Source: Cyanobium sp. Prado107
GTDB taxonomy: Bacteria > Cyanobacteriota > Cyanobacteriia > PCC-6307 > Cyanobiaceae
Direction of reading: 5' to 3'
DNA length: 52,473 bases
Assembly: GCA_025454305.1 (NCBI GenBank)
Contig: JALOOQ010000001.1
Span: 1 to 52,473, forward strand
In this document: piece after piece, positions 17,896-27,617 of the stretch
Position numbering within the stretch: position 1 is the stretch's first letter
Layout of the letters: each line of letters starts with the position of its first letter
Translations under genes and position numbers: made by a program
Notes under the pieces: model-generated
Databases searched by the model: none
What the model was told of the DNA's origin: nothing
The model's input: the letters and a program-made list of their open reading frames with translations, nothing else

Positions 17896-19092
17896 GTGGC
17901 AGGCAACCCGATTCCCACCCTCACCCCCCTGCGCCGGGTGACACCCGTCCCCCCCCCTGCCAGCCCCACACCGCTGCGGCGGCCCGATGGGCCGCCCCCC
18001 TGGCGACAGCGGCGGCTCTGGGCAGGGGCCGCCGTGCTGGTGATGATGCTGGCCGGCCTCGCCCTCTGGCAGCGCCAGCGCGGCCCCCGTGAGGCCGACC
18101 TAGGCCCCTACACGGTGCAGGCCACCTCCGGTGAGCTCCCGGGCGTGGTGAGCGCCTCCGGCGAGCTGGAGGCCGAACAGCGGGTGAATGTGAGTCCGAA
18201 GCGCCAGGGGGTGCTCGAGGAACTGCTGGTGGAGGAGGGCGATCTGGTGCGCCGCGGCCAGCCCCTGGCCCGCATGGACGCCGGCGATCTGAACGAGCGT
18301 CTCAGTGAACTGAAGGCCCAGCTGCGGTCCGCGGAGGCCCAGCTGATCCGCAGCCGCAGCGAACTGGAGCGCAACGAACGGCTGTTCCGCGAACGCGCCA
18401 TCAGCCTCAGCGACTACAACGCCGTCCGCAGCACCTATGAAGTGGATCTGGCGGCGGTGCAGGCCGCCCGCCAGCGCCTCGAGGCCCGCCGGGTGGAGCA
18501 ACAGGAGCTGATCGTGCGGGCCCCCTTCGACGGGGTGATCAGCCAGCGCTTCGCCGATCCCGGATCCTTCGTCACCCCCACCACCACCGCCTCGGCCACG
18601 GCCGGAGCCACCAGCTCCTCGATCGTGGAGCTGTCCCAGGGGCTGGAGGTGGTGGCGAAGGTGCCCGAGAGCGACATCGGCAGGATCAGCGTCGGTCAGC
18701 CCGCCCAGGTGAGGGTCGATGCCTTCCCCGAGCGCAGCTTCGCCGCGCGGGTGAGGCGGATCACCCCCAGGGCCGTGAAGCTGAACAACGTCACGTCCTT
18801 CGATGTGTTTCTGGAGTTCACCGATCCCCAGCCCGATCTGCGCATCGGCATGACCGCCGACGTGGGCTTCCGGACCGGCGCTGTGCAGGCCAAGACCCTG
18901 GTGCCCACGGTGGCCATCGTCACCGAGGATGGCAAGCCCGGCGTCCTGCTGGTGGATGAAGACCGTCAGCCCCGCTTCCAGCCGGTGGAGCTCGGCATCA
19001 GCGGCGGGCGTGACACGCAGATTCTCTCGGGCCTGGAGCCCGGTGCCCGGGTGTTCATCGACCTGCCGCCCTGGTCCCGCCGCCGCCGCTGA
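17896..19092 (+). CDS. Efflux periplasmic adaptor (HlyD/MFP family)
   Basis: N-terminal TM; lipoyl-like halves (V.EGD.V..GQPLA and IVRAPFDGVI) flanking a coiled-coil hairpin; VPESDI; LRIGMTA. Confidence 0.92.
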   Translation: MAGNPIPTLTPLRRVTPVPPPASPTPLRRPDGPPPWRQRRLWAGAAVLVMMLAGLALWQRQRGPREADLGPYTVQATSGELPGVVSASGELEAEQRVNVSPKRQGVLEELLVEEGDLVRRGQPLARMDAGDLNERLSELKAQLRSAEAQLIRSRSELERNERLFRERAISLSDYNAVRSTYEVDLAAVQAARQRLEARRVEQQELIVRAPFDGVISQRFADPGSFVTPTTTASATAGATSSSIVELSQGLEVVAKVPESDIGRISVGQPAQVRVDAFPERSFAARVRRITPRAVKLNNVTSFDVFLEFTDPQPDLRIGMTADVGFRTGAVQAKTLVPTVAIVTEDGKPGVLLVDEDRQPRFQPVELGISGGRDTQILSGLEPGARVFIDLPPWSRRRR

Positions 19093-20191
19093 GGAAGTGG
19101 CGGGCCGCAGCCACGATCCGGCCTGAGGCCTGGCCGTCGCCGAAGGGATTGTGGGCATGCGCCATCGCCTGATAAGCCTCGGTGTCGGTGAGCAGACGGC
19201 TGGCCTCGGCGACGATGTCCTGCGTCGCGGTGCCGATCAGGCGGGCCGTGCCCGCATCCACGGCCTCGGGCCGCTCGGTGGTGCGGCGCAGCACCAGCAC
19301 CGGCTTGCCCAGGGCAGGGGCCTCCTCCTGGAGCCCGCCGGAGTCGGTGAGCACCAGGGTGCAGCCGCGCATCGCCGCCACCAGCTGGCCGTAGTCGAGG
19401 GGTTCGGTGAGGAAGGCCCGCGGGTGGCTGCCGAGCAGGACCTGCAACGGCTCGCGCACGGTGGGATTGCGGTGCAGTGGCAGCAGCAGCGCGGTGTCGG
19501 GGAAGCGCTCCAGCAGCTGCAGGAATCCCGCGCCGATGGTCTGCAGCCGCTCACCCCAGTTCTCACGCCGGTGCACCGTGGCCAGGATCACCCGCTGCCC
19601 CTGCCAGTCGAGGCCGTCCAGCTCGTAGGCGGGGGCCTGGTCGGCCATCTGCAGCAGCGCATCGATCACGGTGTTGCCGGTGGTGAGCACCTCTCCCACC
19701 ACCCCCGAGGCCCGGCAGTTGGCCGCCGCGCGATCGGTGGGGGCGAAGTGCAGCTGGGCCAGCTGGGAGATCAGCCGTCGGTTGGCCTCCTCCGGGAAGG
19801 GATCGAGCAGGTTGTCGGTGCGCAGGCCCGCCTCCACGTGGCCGACGGGGATCTGCTCGTAGAAGGCGGCCAGGGCCGAAGCGAAGGCGGTGGTGGTGTC
19901 CCCCTGCACCAGCACCAGGTCGGGCCGCTGCGCGGCGAATTCCTCCTTGAGGCCCTGCAGGGCCGCACAGGTGATGTGGGTGAGCGTCTGCTGCGGCGCC
20001 ATCAGCGCCAGATCGCGATCGGCCTCGAGCCCGAACAGCTCCATCACCTGGCTCACCATCTCGCGGTGCTGGCCGGTGAGCACCACCCGGGTGTGGAAGT
20101 CGGGAGCCGCCAGAAACGCGCGGATCACCGGGGCCAGCTTGATCGCCTCGGGCCGGGTGCCGAGCACGATCGTGACCAGGGGCTGGGACAC
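19055..20191 (-). CDS. wecB: UDP-N-acetylglucosamine 2-epimerase (non-hydrolysing)
   Basis: GTRPEAIKLAP, TGQHREM, VQGDTTT, HVEAGLRT, PFPEEANR, HRRENWG and TDSGGLQEEAP. Confidence 0.97.
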   Translation of the reverse strand: MSQPLVTIVLGTRPEAIKLAPVIRAFLAAPDFHTRVVLTGQHREMVSQVMELFGLEADRDLALMAPQQTLTHITCAALQGLKEEFAAQRPDLVLVQGDTTTAFASALAAFYEQIPVGHVEAGLRTDNLLDPFPEEANRRLISQLAQLHFAPTDRAAANCRASGVVGEVLTTGNTVIDALLQMADQAPAYELDGLDWQGQRVILATVHRRENWGERLQTIGAGFLQLLERFPDTALLLPLHRNPTVREPLQVLLGSHPRAFLTEPLDYGQLVAAMRGCTLVLTDSGGLQEEAPALGKPVLVLRRTTERPEAVDAGTARLIGTATQDIVAEASRLLTDTEAYQAMAHAHNPFGDGQASGRIVAAARHFLSGGGGTRAAGR

Positions 20192-20218
20192 CGGAGTGGG
20201 GCGCTGGCGGACGGGCGG

Positions 20219-20224
20219 ATCCTA
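20219..20224 (-). promoter_or_regulatory. Candidate -10 box (TAGGAT) for wecB
   Basis: The minus strand reads gctccgTAGGAT, 27 nt upstream of the GTG start, with the same upstream hexamer as the ychF box. Confidence 0.4.
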
Positions 20225-20304
20225 CGGAGCACGCCTGCAGGAGCTGATCCGGGGCTGACAAAACGGCCGGAAGCCACCAAGCTTCGCCATATCGGTGGTC
20301 TCCG

Positions 20305-21444
20305 ATGACGACCTCTCCACTGCCCCTCTCGCCGCTGCCGCCGCCGCCGGCCCCGGCCCCCTCGGCCAGCTTCGGCGACCAGCCCGCCGATCTCGAGGGG
20401 ATGGTGCGGCTGGCCCACGAGCGCGTCTACTCCGACCTGCACCTGGGCGTCGGCGAGGAGCCGCGCTACCGCTCCGCCGGCGCGATGCTGCGCACCGGCT
20501 GGCCGGTGACCGACGCCGACACCTTCCAGCGCTGGCTGCGCGAAATCCTCCGCCCCGAGGAGATCGAGCGGTTCGAGCGCAGGAAGGAATTCGATGGCGC
20601 CCATGCCTTCCCCTTCGTGAGGGTGCGGATCAACCTGCTGGATACCCTTCGTGGTCCCGCTGTGGTGCTGCGTCTGATCCCGCACGAGATCCCCACCCTC
20701 GACGAGCTGGGGATGCCGGCGGTACTCAGCGAGCTCTGCACCCGTCCCAAGGGAATGGTGCTCGTAACGGGTCCCACCGGCTGTGGCAAGACCACCACCC
20801 TGGCGGCGATGATCGACTGGATCAATCGCCACATGTCCCGTCATGTGGTGACGATCGAAGATCCGATCGAATACGTGCATCAGAGCCGCGCGTCCCTGAT
20901 CCGACAGCGTCAGGTGGGCCTGCACACCCTGCAGTTCCACAATGCCCTGCGGGCCTCGATGCGGGAGGACCCGGACGTGATCCTGATCGGTGAGATCCGC
21001 GACCGGCTCACTCTCGCCACGGCGATCGAGGCCTCCCAGACCGGACAGCTGGTACTCGGCACTCTGCATACCAACTCCGCCATCAAGACCGTGGAGCGGG
21101 TGCTGGGCATGCACCCCCCCAACGAGCAGGAGAGCGTCCGGCAGGCGGTGTCCGAGACGCTGCTGGCCGTGATCTCCCAGGGCTTGATCAGGACCACGAC
21201 CGGAGAGCGGACCGCCTACCAGGACATCCTGATCAACACCGATGCCTGCAAGGACTACATCCAGCAGGGCGAACTCGATGAGGTGGAGGAGATCATGCGC
21301 CGAAGCCGGTTTGACGGCATGGTGACCAGTAACCAGTCGCTGTTGGATCTGGTGGAGGACGGCCGGGTGACGCCGGAAGAGGCCCTCGCCGAGAGCATCA
21401 GGCCCCGGGAACTTCTGCAGGCCCTGCGCGGTCGCACCGCCTAG
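20305..21444 (+). CDS. pilT: PilT/PilU-family ATPase, PilT2-like
   Basis: SDLHL, Walker A GPTGCGKTT, TIEDPIEY, REDPDVILIGEIRD (Walker B), TLHTNSA. The AIRNLIRE position reads ACKDYIQQ. Confidence 0.9.
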   Translation: MTTSPLPLSPLPPPPAPAPSASFGDQPADLEGMVRLAHERVYSDLHLGVGEEPRYRSAGAMLRTGWPVTDADTFQRWLREILRPEEIERFERRKEFDGAHAFPFVRVRINLLDTLRGPAVVLRLIPHEIPTLDELGMPAVLSELCTRPKGMVLVTGPTGCGKTTTLAAMIDWINRHMSRHVVTIEDPIEYVHQSRASLIRQRQVGLHTLQFHNALRASMREDPDVILIGEIRDRLTLATAIEASQTGQLVLGTLHTNSAIKTVERVLGMHPPNEQESVRQAVSETLLAVISQGLIRTTTGERTAYQDILINTDACKDYIQQGELDEVEEIMRRSRFDGMVTSNQSLLDLVEDGRVTPEEALAESIRPRELLQALRGRTA

Positions 21445-21647
21445 CGGGAGGCCAGCCGGGCGATCAGCAGCACGGTGAGGCCAACGGACAGACCGAGCAT
21501 GGCCAGACGCCCGTTCCAGATCTCGGCCTGAGGCGTGAAGCCACGCCTCCAGGCGTTGAGTTCACTGCTGCTCACAGGCTGCACGTCGGCATCCTGGGTG
21601 CGGGCCGGGTGCGCGTCAGCAGGCTCAACGGTGTCTGCGCTGGCCAT
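21441..21647 (-). CDS. hli: High-light-inducible protein (one-helix CAB-like)
   Basis: W..GFTPQAEIWNGRLAMLG chlorophyll-binding motif (ExxNxR). Confidence 0.92.
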   Translation of the reverse strand: MASADTVEPADAHPARTQDADVQPVSSSELNAWRRGFTPQAEIWNGRLAMLGLSVGLTVLLIARLASR

Positions 21648-21682
21648 GGCATGGGGCGCGTTGGCACCCCACCCTAGTGAGG

Positions 21683-22756
21683 TCAGAACGGCGGTGGCGT
21701 GGCGTAGAGGCATGCGGCCTGATCCAGCGGCAGGCGGGCGGCGACGCCGAGGTCGATCGCGCTGCGCTGACCATGCTCCAGGCGCTCACAGGCGGCGACC
21801 CCGATCATGGCGGCATTGTCGGTGCAGTAGGCCAGCGGAGCCACCCGCCAGTGCAGACCATCCCGACGGCAACGCTCCTCCAGCAGGCCGCGCAGCCGGC
21901 GGTTGGCGGCCACCCCCCCCACCAGCACCAGGGTGCCCAGACCCTGATCCAGGGCACAGCGGCAGCTGCGCTCGACGAGCACCTCGGCCACCGCCTGCTC
22001 GAAGCTGGCGGCCAGATCGGCCAGGGGCAGGGACGCACGTCCAGCCGCACCCTCGGCCTCACCCTCCAGGCTGCGCACCAACCGCAGCATGGCCGTCTTG
22101 AGGCCGCTGAAGCTGAAGTCGTAGGGGAAGAAGCCCCCGTCCGGCCTGGACACGCGCCCCCGGGGCAGGCGGAAGCGACGAGGATCCCCCCCCTCCGCCG
22201 CCGCCTGGATCGCCGGACCACCGGGGTAGCCCAGCCCCAGCAGCCGCGCCACCTTGTCGAAGGCCTCGCCGGCCGCGTCGTCGTGACTGCGGCCCAGCCG
22301 CTCGTAGCGCCCCGGTGCCGCCACCCGCACCAGCTCGGTGTGCCCACCGCTCACCAGCAGCACCAGGTAGGGACCCGGTGGCAGGGGCTCACCCAGCTGC
22401 ACGGAGGCCAGGTGCCCCTCCAGATGATGCACCGCCAGGAACGGTTTGCCGTGCAGGCGCGCCAGGGTGCGGCCGGTGACCGACGCCACCAGCAGCGCGC
22501 CTACGAGTCCCGGCGCGGCCGTGGCGGCCACGGCGTCCAGCGCCGCCGGCTGCAGACCGCTGCGGTCAAACACCTGGCCGATCAGCTGGGGCAGGGCCTC
22601 CACGTGGCGGCGTGAGGCGATCTCGGGCACCACGCCGCCCCAGCGGGCATGTTCCTCCACCTGCGAGGCGACCGCGCTGGCGAGCACCGTGTGGTCGCGC
22701 ACGATGGCGGCGGCCGACTCGTCACAACTTGTTTCGAGGGCCAGAACCGTTGGCAT
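21683..22756 (-). CDS. tsaD: tRNA N6-adenosine threonylcarbamoyltransferase
   Basis: [57 protein letters not shown] and CTDNAAMI. Confidence 0.97.
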   Translation of the reverse strand: MPTVLALETSCDESAAAIVRDHTVLASAVASQVEEHARWGGVVPEIASRRHVEALPQLIGQVFDRSGLQPAALDAVAATAAPGLVGALLVASVTGRTLARLHGKPFLAVHHLEGHLASVQLGEPLPPGPYLVLLVSGGHTELVRVAAPGRYERLGRSHDDAAGEAFDKVARLLGLGYPGGPAIQAAAEGGDPRRFRLPRGRVSRPDGGFFPYDFSFSGLKTAMLRLVRSLEGEAEGAAGRASLPLADLAASFEQAVAEVLVERSCRCALDQGLGTLVLVGGVAANRRLRGLLEERCRRDGLHWRVAPLAYCTDNAAMIGVAACERLEHGQRSAIDLGVAARLPLDQAACLYATPPPF

Positions 22757-22805
22757 GGTGCCGCTGCAGCGCCCCTACTGTCCGCTCGTGACATCCTGCA
22801 CCGCG

Positions 22806-23303
22806 ATGCGACGTCTCCTCCCCCGCCTGTGCGCGGTTCTGCTCTCCGCCTTCCTGATCTTCGGTCTGGCACCCGTCGCCCATGCCGACGCATCCGTTGC
22901 CGGACTCACCCCCTGCGCCGAAAATCCCCGCTTCCAGCAGCGGGCCGCCGGTGCCCAGACGGCTCAGGCCAAGGCACGCTTCGAGCACTACAGCCAGGCC
23001 CTCTGCGGAACGGATGGCCTGCCCCACCTGATCGTGGACGGCCGCTGGAGCCATGCCGGTGATTTCCTGATCCCGGGCCTCCTCTTCCTCTACATCGCTG
23101 GCACGATCGGCTGGGCCGGCCGCGCCTACCTGATCGCCGCCCGCGCAGGCAAGGACGCCACCATGAAGGAGATCCAGATCGACATGCCCCTGGCGTTCAA
23201 ATCCACCCTGTCGGCCGCCGTCTGGCCTCTCGCGGCCTTCAGTGAGTTCGTTGGCGGAAAAATGATTGAAGCCGACTCCAAAGTGACCGTTTCGCCCCGC
23301 TGA
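22806..23303 (+). CDS. psaF: Photosystem I subunit III
   Basis: Signal peptide, [41 protein letters not shown] and C-terminal VSPR. Confidence 0.97.
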   Translation: MRRLLPRLCAVLLSAFLIFGLAPVAHADASVAGLTPCAENPRFQQRAAGAQTAQAKARFEHYSQALCGTDGLPHLIVDGRWSHAGDFLIPGLLFLYIAGTIGWAGRAYLIAARAGKDATMKEIQIDMPLAFKSTLSAAVWPLAAFSEFVGGKMIEADSKVTVSPR

Positions 23304-23314
23304 CTCTTGCAATC

Positions 23315-23422
23315 ATGACGAAATTCCTCACCACCGCCCCAGTCGTGGCAGCCATCTGGTTCACCTTTACAGCTGCCCTCACGATCGAGATTTTCCGCAC
23401 CTTCCCCGACCTGATCTTCTGA
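23315..23422 (+). CDS. psaJ: Photosystem I subunit IX (35 aa, short divergent variant; below the ORF track cutoff)
   Basis: Hand translation [35 protein letters not shown], 11 nt after psaF; TAPV, IE and FPDL motifs. Confidence 0.93.
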   Translation: MTKFLTTAPVVAAIWFTFTAALTIEIFRTFPDLIF

Positions 23423-23473
23423 CCGTTCTGACAGCGGTCGCCACTGACACCCGCCAGGACCCGGCCATCCCAG

Positions 23474-24061
23474 CTAGCCGGCGGCCGATGCCCCCCCGAT
23501 GGGGGGCTTTTTGGTGGTCAGATGCATGATCCGCTCCAGGGCCGAACGGCAGGCGTCCAGATCGTCGTTGACAAGCACCGCATCGAATTCCCCCTCGGCG
23601 GCCAGCTCCACCCGGGCACGCTCCAGTCGCTTCTCGATGGCCGCTTCATCGTCAGTGCCTCGTCCGCGGATGCGGCGCTCCAGCTCCTCGAAACTGGGGG
23701 GTTTGATCAACAGCTGGAAACCGGCGGGAAAGCTCCGCCGCACCTGGCGAGCTCCCTCCAGTTCGATCTCCAGCAGCACGGGACGGCCCTGCGCCAGGTG
23801 GTCCTCCACCGCCCGGCGCGGAGTGCCGTAGAGGTTGCCGGCGAATTCAGCCCACTCCAGGAAACCACCGGCGCGCACCCGCTGCTCGAAATCCTCACGG
23901 CTGAGGAAGAAGTAGCTCTCCCCCTCCGTCTCTCCAGTCCTCGGTGCCCGGGTGGTGGCCGACACCGACAGCCAGATCTCGGGATGCCGCTCCAGCAGCT
24001 GGCGCACCAGGGTGCCCTTGCCCACACCGCTGGGGCCCGTGATCACGGTGAGGCGTGCCAT
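23474..24061 (-). CDS. gmk: Guanylate kinase
   Basis: [37 protein letters not shown] and RGRGTD. Confidence 0.96.
   Translation of the reverse strand: MARLTVITGPSGVGKGTLVRQLLERHPEIWLSVSATTRAPRTGETEGESYFFLSREDFEQRVRAGGFLEWAEFAGNLYGTPRRAVEDHLAQGRPVLLEIELEGARQVRRSFPAGFQLLIKPPSFEELERRIRGRGTDDEAAIEKRLERARVELAAEGEFDAVLVNDDLDACRSALERIMHLTTKKPPIGGASAAG
23490..23512 (+). terminator. Intrinsic terminator of psaFJ, lying within the 3' end of antisense gmk
   Basis: GCCCCCC-CGAT-GGGGGGC 7-bp stem followed by TTTTT. Confidence 0.8.
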
Positions 24062-24118
24062 CGCAGCGCTGGGGGCTGGGCTGCAGAGTAGAAGCCGGCG
24101 TGGTGCTCTCCGGCGCAG

Positions 24119-25789
24119 GTGATGGCGAGGCTGCAGCCGATGGATTTCACCAGCCTCAGGGCGGTGCTGGCCGAATGGCGGGCGGTGTTGCTGCCCAGCC
24201 GCTTCGAGAAGGCGCAGCAGGGCAGTGCCCACAGCGTCCAGATCGGCCTACGCCACCTGCAGGGGATGAGCTGGCTGGAGCTCAGCTGGCAGGCCGAGGC
24301 CGCACGGGTGCATGCCATCGACACTCCGCCGCGCCAGGGAGAGGGCAGCACCCTGGCTCAGCAGCTGCAGCACGCCCTACGCGGCCTGGCGCTGATCCGC
24401 ATCGATCAGCCGGGCTGGGAGCGGGTGGTGGAGCTGGGGTTCGCGCGCCGGCCTGGCGAACCCGTGCAGCGCTGGCTGGTGGCGGAGCTGATGGGACGCC
24501 ACAGCAACCTGTTTCTGCTCGACGGGGATCGGCAGGTGGTGGCGCTGGCCCGGCAGGTGAAGCCCAGCCAGTCGCGGCTGCGGCCGATCGGCACCGGTGA
24601 CCCGTATCAGCCGCCGCCGTCCCTCAGCGGGGAACCGCCCAGCCTGGAGGAGAGCTTCACAAGCTGGCAGCGGCGGCTCACGCTGCTCCCCCTGCCCCTC
24701 GGCCAGGCCCTGCGGGATGCCTACCAGGGGATCAGTCCCGCCCTGGCCACCCAGCTGGCACCACAGGCCTTGCTGCAGCAGGAGGTGAACAGCCTCGGCG
24801 CCGCGCAATGGCACCAGCTCTGGCAGCACTGGCGCGGCTGGCTGCAGGCCCTGGCGGCGGAACGCTTCAGCTGGCACCCCCTGGACGGGGGCTATGCCTG
24901 CTGGGATCAGGAGCCTGCCGCCGCCCCCGCATCCGACCTTGCCATCAACCGGGCCCTGGCCGCCTACTACCGCGATCACCTGGCCCGGCAGCAGCTGAAG
25001 CAGCGGCGCCAGCACATCCGGCAGCTGCTGGAACGGCTGCAGCAGCGTGAGAGCAGCCGGCTGCAGGAGCAGCAGGCCCTGCTGGCGGCCGTCCCCGCCG
25101 CCGAGGAGCTGCAACGCCGGGCCGATGCTCTGCTCAGCCAGCGGCAGCCCGATCGTTCCGGCATCGAGGAGGCCCAGAAGCTCTACCGCAAGGCCCGCAA
25201 GCTGCGCCGCTCCGCCGCCGCGATCGGCGCCCGGATCGAGCTGCACGACCAGCATCTGGCCACGCTCGCCGCCAGCCTCACCTACCTGGAGCAGGCGGAC
25301 ACCATCGAGCAGCTCCTGGCGATCGAGGAGGAACTGGAGGTCCTGCCGGGACGATCCGGCGCCACCCGGCCAGGGCGGCAGCGGCACTGCGGCGTCAAGG
25401 CTGAAGGCCCCAGGCCGCTGGAGCTGCGCACCGCCTCCGGAATCGTCCTGCAGGTGGGGCGCAACCACCGTCAGAACGAATGGATCGCCTTCCGCCAGGC
25501 GCGGCGCGGCGACCTCTGGTTCCATGCCCAGGAACTGCCGGGCAGCCATGTGGTGCTCAAGAGTTCAGACGCTCCCGCCATGGACAGCGATCTGCAGTGC
25601 GCGGCCGACCTGGCCGCCCATTTCAGCCGCGGCCGCGCCAATGGGCGGGTTCCCGTGGTGATGGTGCCGGTGGAAGATCTGCAGCGGATCCCCGGCGCCG
25701 CTCCCGGCACGGTGCGCCACCGCGGCGGCGAGGTGATCTGGGGTGAGCCAGAGCGGGCCCTTAACCTCCTGGCAGCAGGGCAGCCATGA
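24119..25789 (+). CDS. rqcH: NFACT/FbpA-family ribosome quality control factor (RqcH-like)
   Basis: NFACT-N ([18 protein letters not shown]), coiled coil, and NFACT-R ([15 protein letters not shown]...[16 protein letters not shown]). Confidence 0.88.
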   Translation: MMARLQPMDFTSLRAVLAEWRAVLLPSRFEKAQQGSAHSVQIGLRHLQGMSWLELSWQAEAARVHAIDTPPRQGEGSTLAQQLQHALRGLALIRIDQPGWERVVELGFARRPGEPVQRWLVAELMGRHSNLFLLDGDRQVVALARQVKPSQSRLRPIGTGDPYQPPPSLSGEPPSLEESFTSWQRRLTLLPLPLGQALRDAYQGISPALATQLAPQALLQQEVNSLGAAQWHQLWQHWRGWLQALAAERFSWHPLDGGYACWDQEPAAAPASDLAINRALAAYYRDHLARQQLKQRRQHIRQLLERLQQRESSRLQEQQALLAAVPAAEELQRRADALLSQRQPDRSGIEEAQKLYRKARKLRRSAAAIGARIELHDQHLATLAASLTYLEQADTIEQLLAIEEELEVLPGRSGATRPGRQRHCGVKAEGPRPLELRTASGIVLQVGRNHRQNEWIAFRQARRGDLWFHAQELPGSHVVLKSSDAPAMDSDLQCAADLAAHFSRGRANGRVPVVMVPVEDLQRIPGAAPGTVRHRGGEVIWGEPERALNLLAAGQP

Positions 25790-26676
25790 CCAGCCCCCCT
25801 TCCGACATCCGCTCCGATTCCAGGTCCGACGGGCCAATCAACGGCACCGAGGCGGCCCTGCAGAGAGCCCTGCCTGCGCCGCCGCCGATCCTGGTGCCGG
25901 CAGCAGCCGGCACGCCCACCTCGCCCGGCGACGAGTTCCCCGGCGAGGTGGAGATGAGCCTGGTGGACCACCTGGAGGAGCTGCGGCGCCGGGTGCTGCG
26001 AAGCCTGCTGGCGGTGGTGGTGGGCGCAGCGGCCGCACTGCTGTTCGTGAAGCCGCTGGTGCGGGTGCTGGAGATGCCCGCCGAAGGCATCCGCTTCCTG
26101 CAGTTGGCGCCCGGGGAGTTCCTGTTCGTGTCGCTCAAAGTGGCCGGCTACGCCGGGCTCACCTTCGCCCTGCCGTGGGTGCTCTACGAGTTCCTGGCCT
26201 TCGTGCTGCCCGGTCTCAGCCGCCGCGAGCGCAGGCTCGTGGCCCCGGCGGTGGGTGGGTCGGCCGTGCTCTTCGCCGCTGGGCTGGCCTTCGCCTGGTG
26301 GGCCCTGGTGCCCGCCGCTCTGCGCTTTCTGGTGAGCTTCGGTGCCGATGTGGTGGAGCCCAGCTGGTCGATCGAGCGCTACCTCGACTTCGTGCTGCTG
26401 CTGATGGTGGCCACCGCCCTGGCCTTCCAGCTGCCCGTGCTGCAGCTGATCCTCGGGGCGCTGGGCCTGATCCGCTCGCGCACCATGCTCGCCGGTTGGC
26501 GCTGGGTGGTGCTGATCTCGGCGGTCTCCGGGGCCGTGCTCACTCCCTCCACCGACCCGGTGACGATGCTGCTCCTGAGCGGAGCGATCACCGCCCTGTT
26601 CCTGATCGGCGTCGCCCTGGTGGCGCTGGTCGAGCGGCTCCGGCCCAGCCCTCAGGGAAACAGCGGTGTTCCCTGA
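25786..26676 (+). CDS. tatC: Twin-arginine translocase subunit TatC
   Basis: EMSLVDHLEELRRR, QLAPGEFLF, FVLPGL...E, WSIERY, FQLP and TPSTDP.TM. Confidence 0.96.
   Translation: MTSPPSDIRSDSRSDGPINGTEAALQRALPAPPPILVPAAAGTPTSPGDEFPGEVEMSLVDHLEELRRRVLRSLLAVVVGAAAALLFVKPLVRVLEMPAEGIRFLQLAPGEFLFVSLKVAGYAGLTFALPWVLYEFLAFVLPGLSRRERRLVAPAVGGSAVLFAAGLAFAWWALVPAALRFLVSFGADVVEPSWSIERYLDFVLLLMVATALAFQLPVLQLILGALGLIRSRTMLAGWRWVVLISAVSGAVLTPSTDPVTMLLLSGAITALFLIGVALVALVERLRPSPQGNSGVP
26652..26676. terminator. Hairpin spanning the overlapping stop codons of two convergent genes
   Basis: TCAGGGA(A)ACA-GCGG-TGTTCCCTGA: about 10-bp stem with one bulge. No U-tract on either strand. Confidence 0.45.
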
Positions 26677-27443
26677 TAGGGGTCGATGGCGTCGTAGAGA
26701 ACGGGCATCTCGCTCTGGAGCGGGCCCGGCTCGGGTCGATCCTGCTCCGCCAGCGGCGGAGTCCACGGGGGAGCCGCCTGCTGAGCTGGAGCTGGCTGAG
26801 GCGTGGGCGGGTAGGGCACGGACGGCGCAGGCAGCGGGGGTGTGGAACGCTGAAGGGCCGGCCGCGGGACCCTGGGCGAAGGCGGCGCAATGGCCACCTC
26901 CCGACGTACGCCCATCTCCAGACCCGACACTCTGGTGAGGTTCTCCACCAGGCTCCGCACCGGACTGACATGGATGAATCGGAAGGTCTCGGTGAGTGGG
27001 TTGCCGTGCTGGTCGTAACCGGCCACGGAGAATTGGTAGTCAGCCGTCTTGCCTGCGCGCGAGCCGGCCACGCCCCCCACCACGGCGCCGCCGAGAATGC
27101 CGAACGGGCAGGCGATCAAGGTCCAGCAGGTGGCCAGGGCTCCCACCACGGTTCCGGTCAAGGCGCCACCGGTCGCCCCGAGCGAGGACACCAGGGCATT
27201 GTGGTTGTCCCAGCCCACGGCGTTCCACTGGGCGATGCGATCGGCCGGGATGAAGCCCGCAGGGCCCTTCACCCCTTGATCAGTCACCTCGATTCGGCAG
27301 CGCTTGCTTCCGCAGATCGCTTCGTAGCGGGCGGCTTCGGCAGGCATCGGCAGCAGCAGCGAAAGCCCGATGCCCACACTCACCAGCACGGGGGTACAGA
27401 CGGTCCCGGCGCAGGAGGTGCCGGCATGCCGTGGACGACGCAT
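26652..27443 (-). CDS. Secreted or membrane hypothetical protein with glycine-zipper hairpin and Pro-rich tail
   Basis: Signal peptide ending AEA; two Cys pairs; GATGGALTGTVVGALA and [13 protein letters not shown] (GxxxG) segments; Pro/Gln-rich C-terminus. Confidence 0.75.
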   Translation of the reverse strand: MRRPRHAGTSCAGTVCTPVLVSVGIGLSLLLPMPAEAARYEAICGSKRCRIEVTDQGVKGPAGFIPADRIAQWNAVGWDNHNALVSSLGATGGALTGTVVGALATCWTLIACPFGILGGAVVGGVAGSRAGKTADYQFSVAGYDQHGNPLTETFRFIHVSPVRSLVENLTRVSGLEMGVRREVAIAPPSPRVPRPALQRSTPPLPAPSVPYPPTPQPAPAQQAAPPWTPPLAEQDRPEPGPLQSEMPVLYDAIDPYQGTPLFP

Positions 27444-27617
27444 GGGGATAGGTCAGGCAAGGAAGGGACGGAGTGTGACGATCGCGCCAGGCCTCCAGCG
27501 TTTGGATAACACCTCCGCAGCCCGCGCGCATCCCGGACCGTGCCGTGCAGGCCTGTCCGTGGGGTCCGGCGCCGCGTGGGTTCCAACGAATCGGTGTCCC
27601 CGGATCGTGGGCCCCGA

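Noticed and set aside
17949-17957. C9 run in the efflux adaptor, and C8/G8 runs at 5171, 14762 and 16179, as phase-variation tracts
   Set aside because: All frames are intact, and runs of this length are plausible by chance in Pro/Gly codons at this GC.
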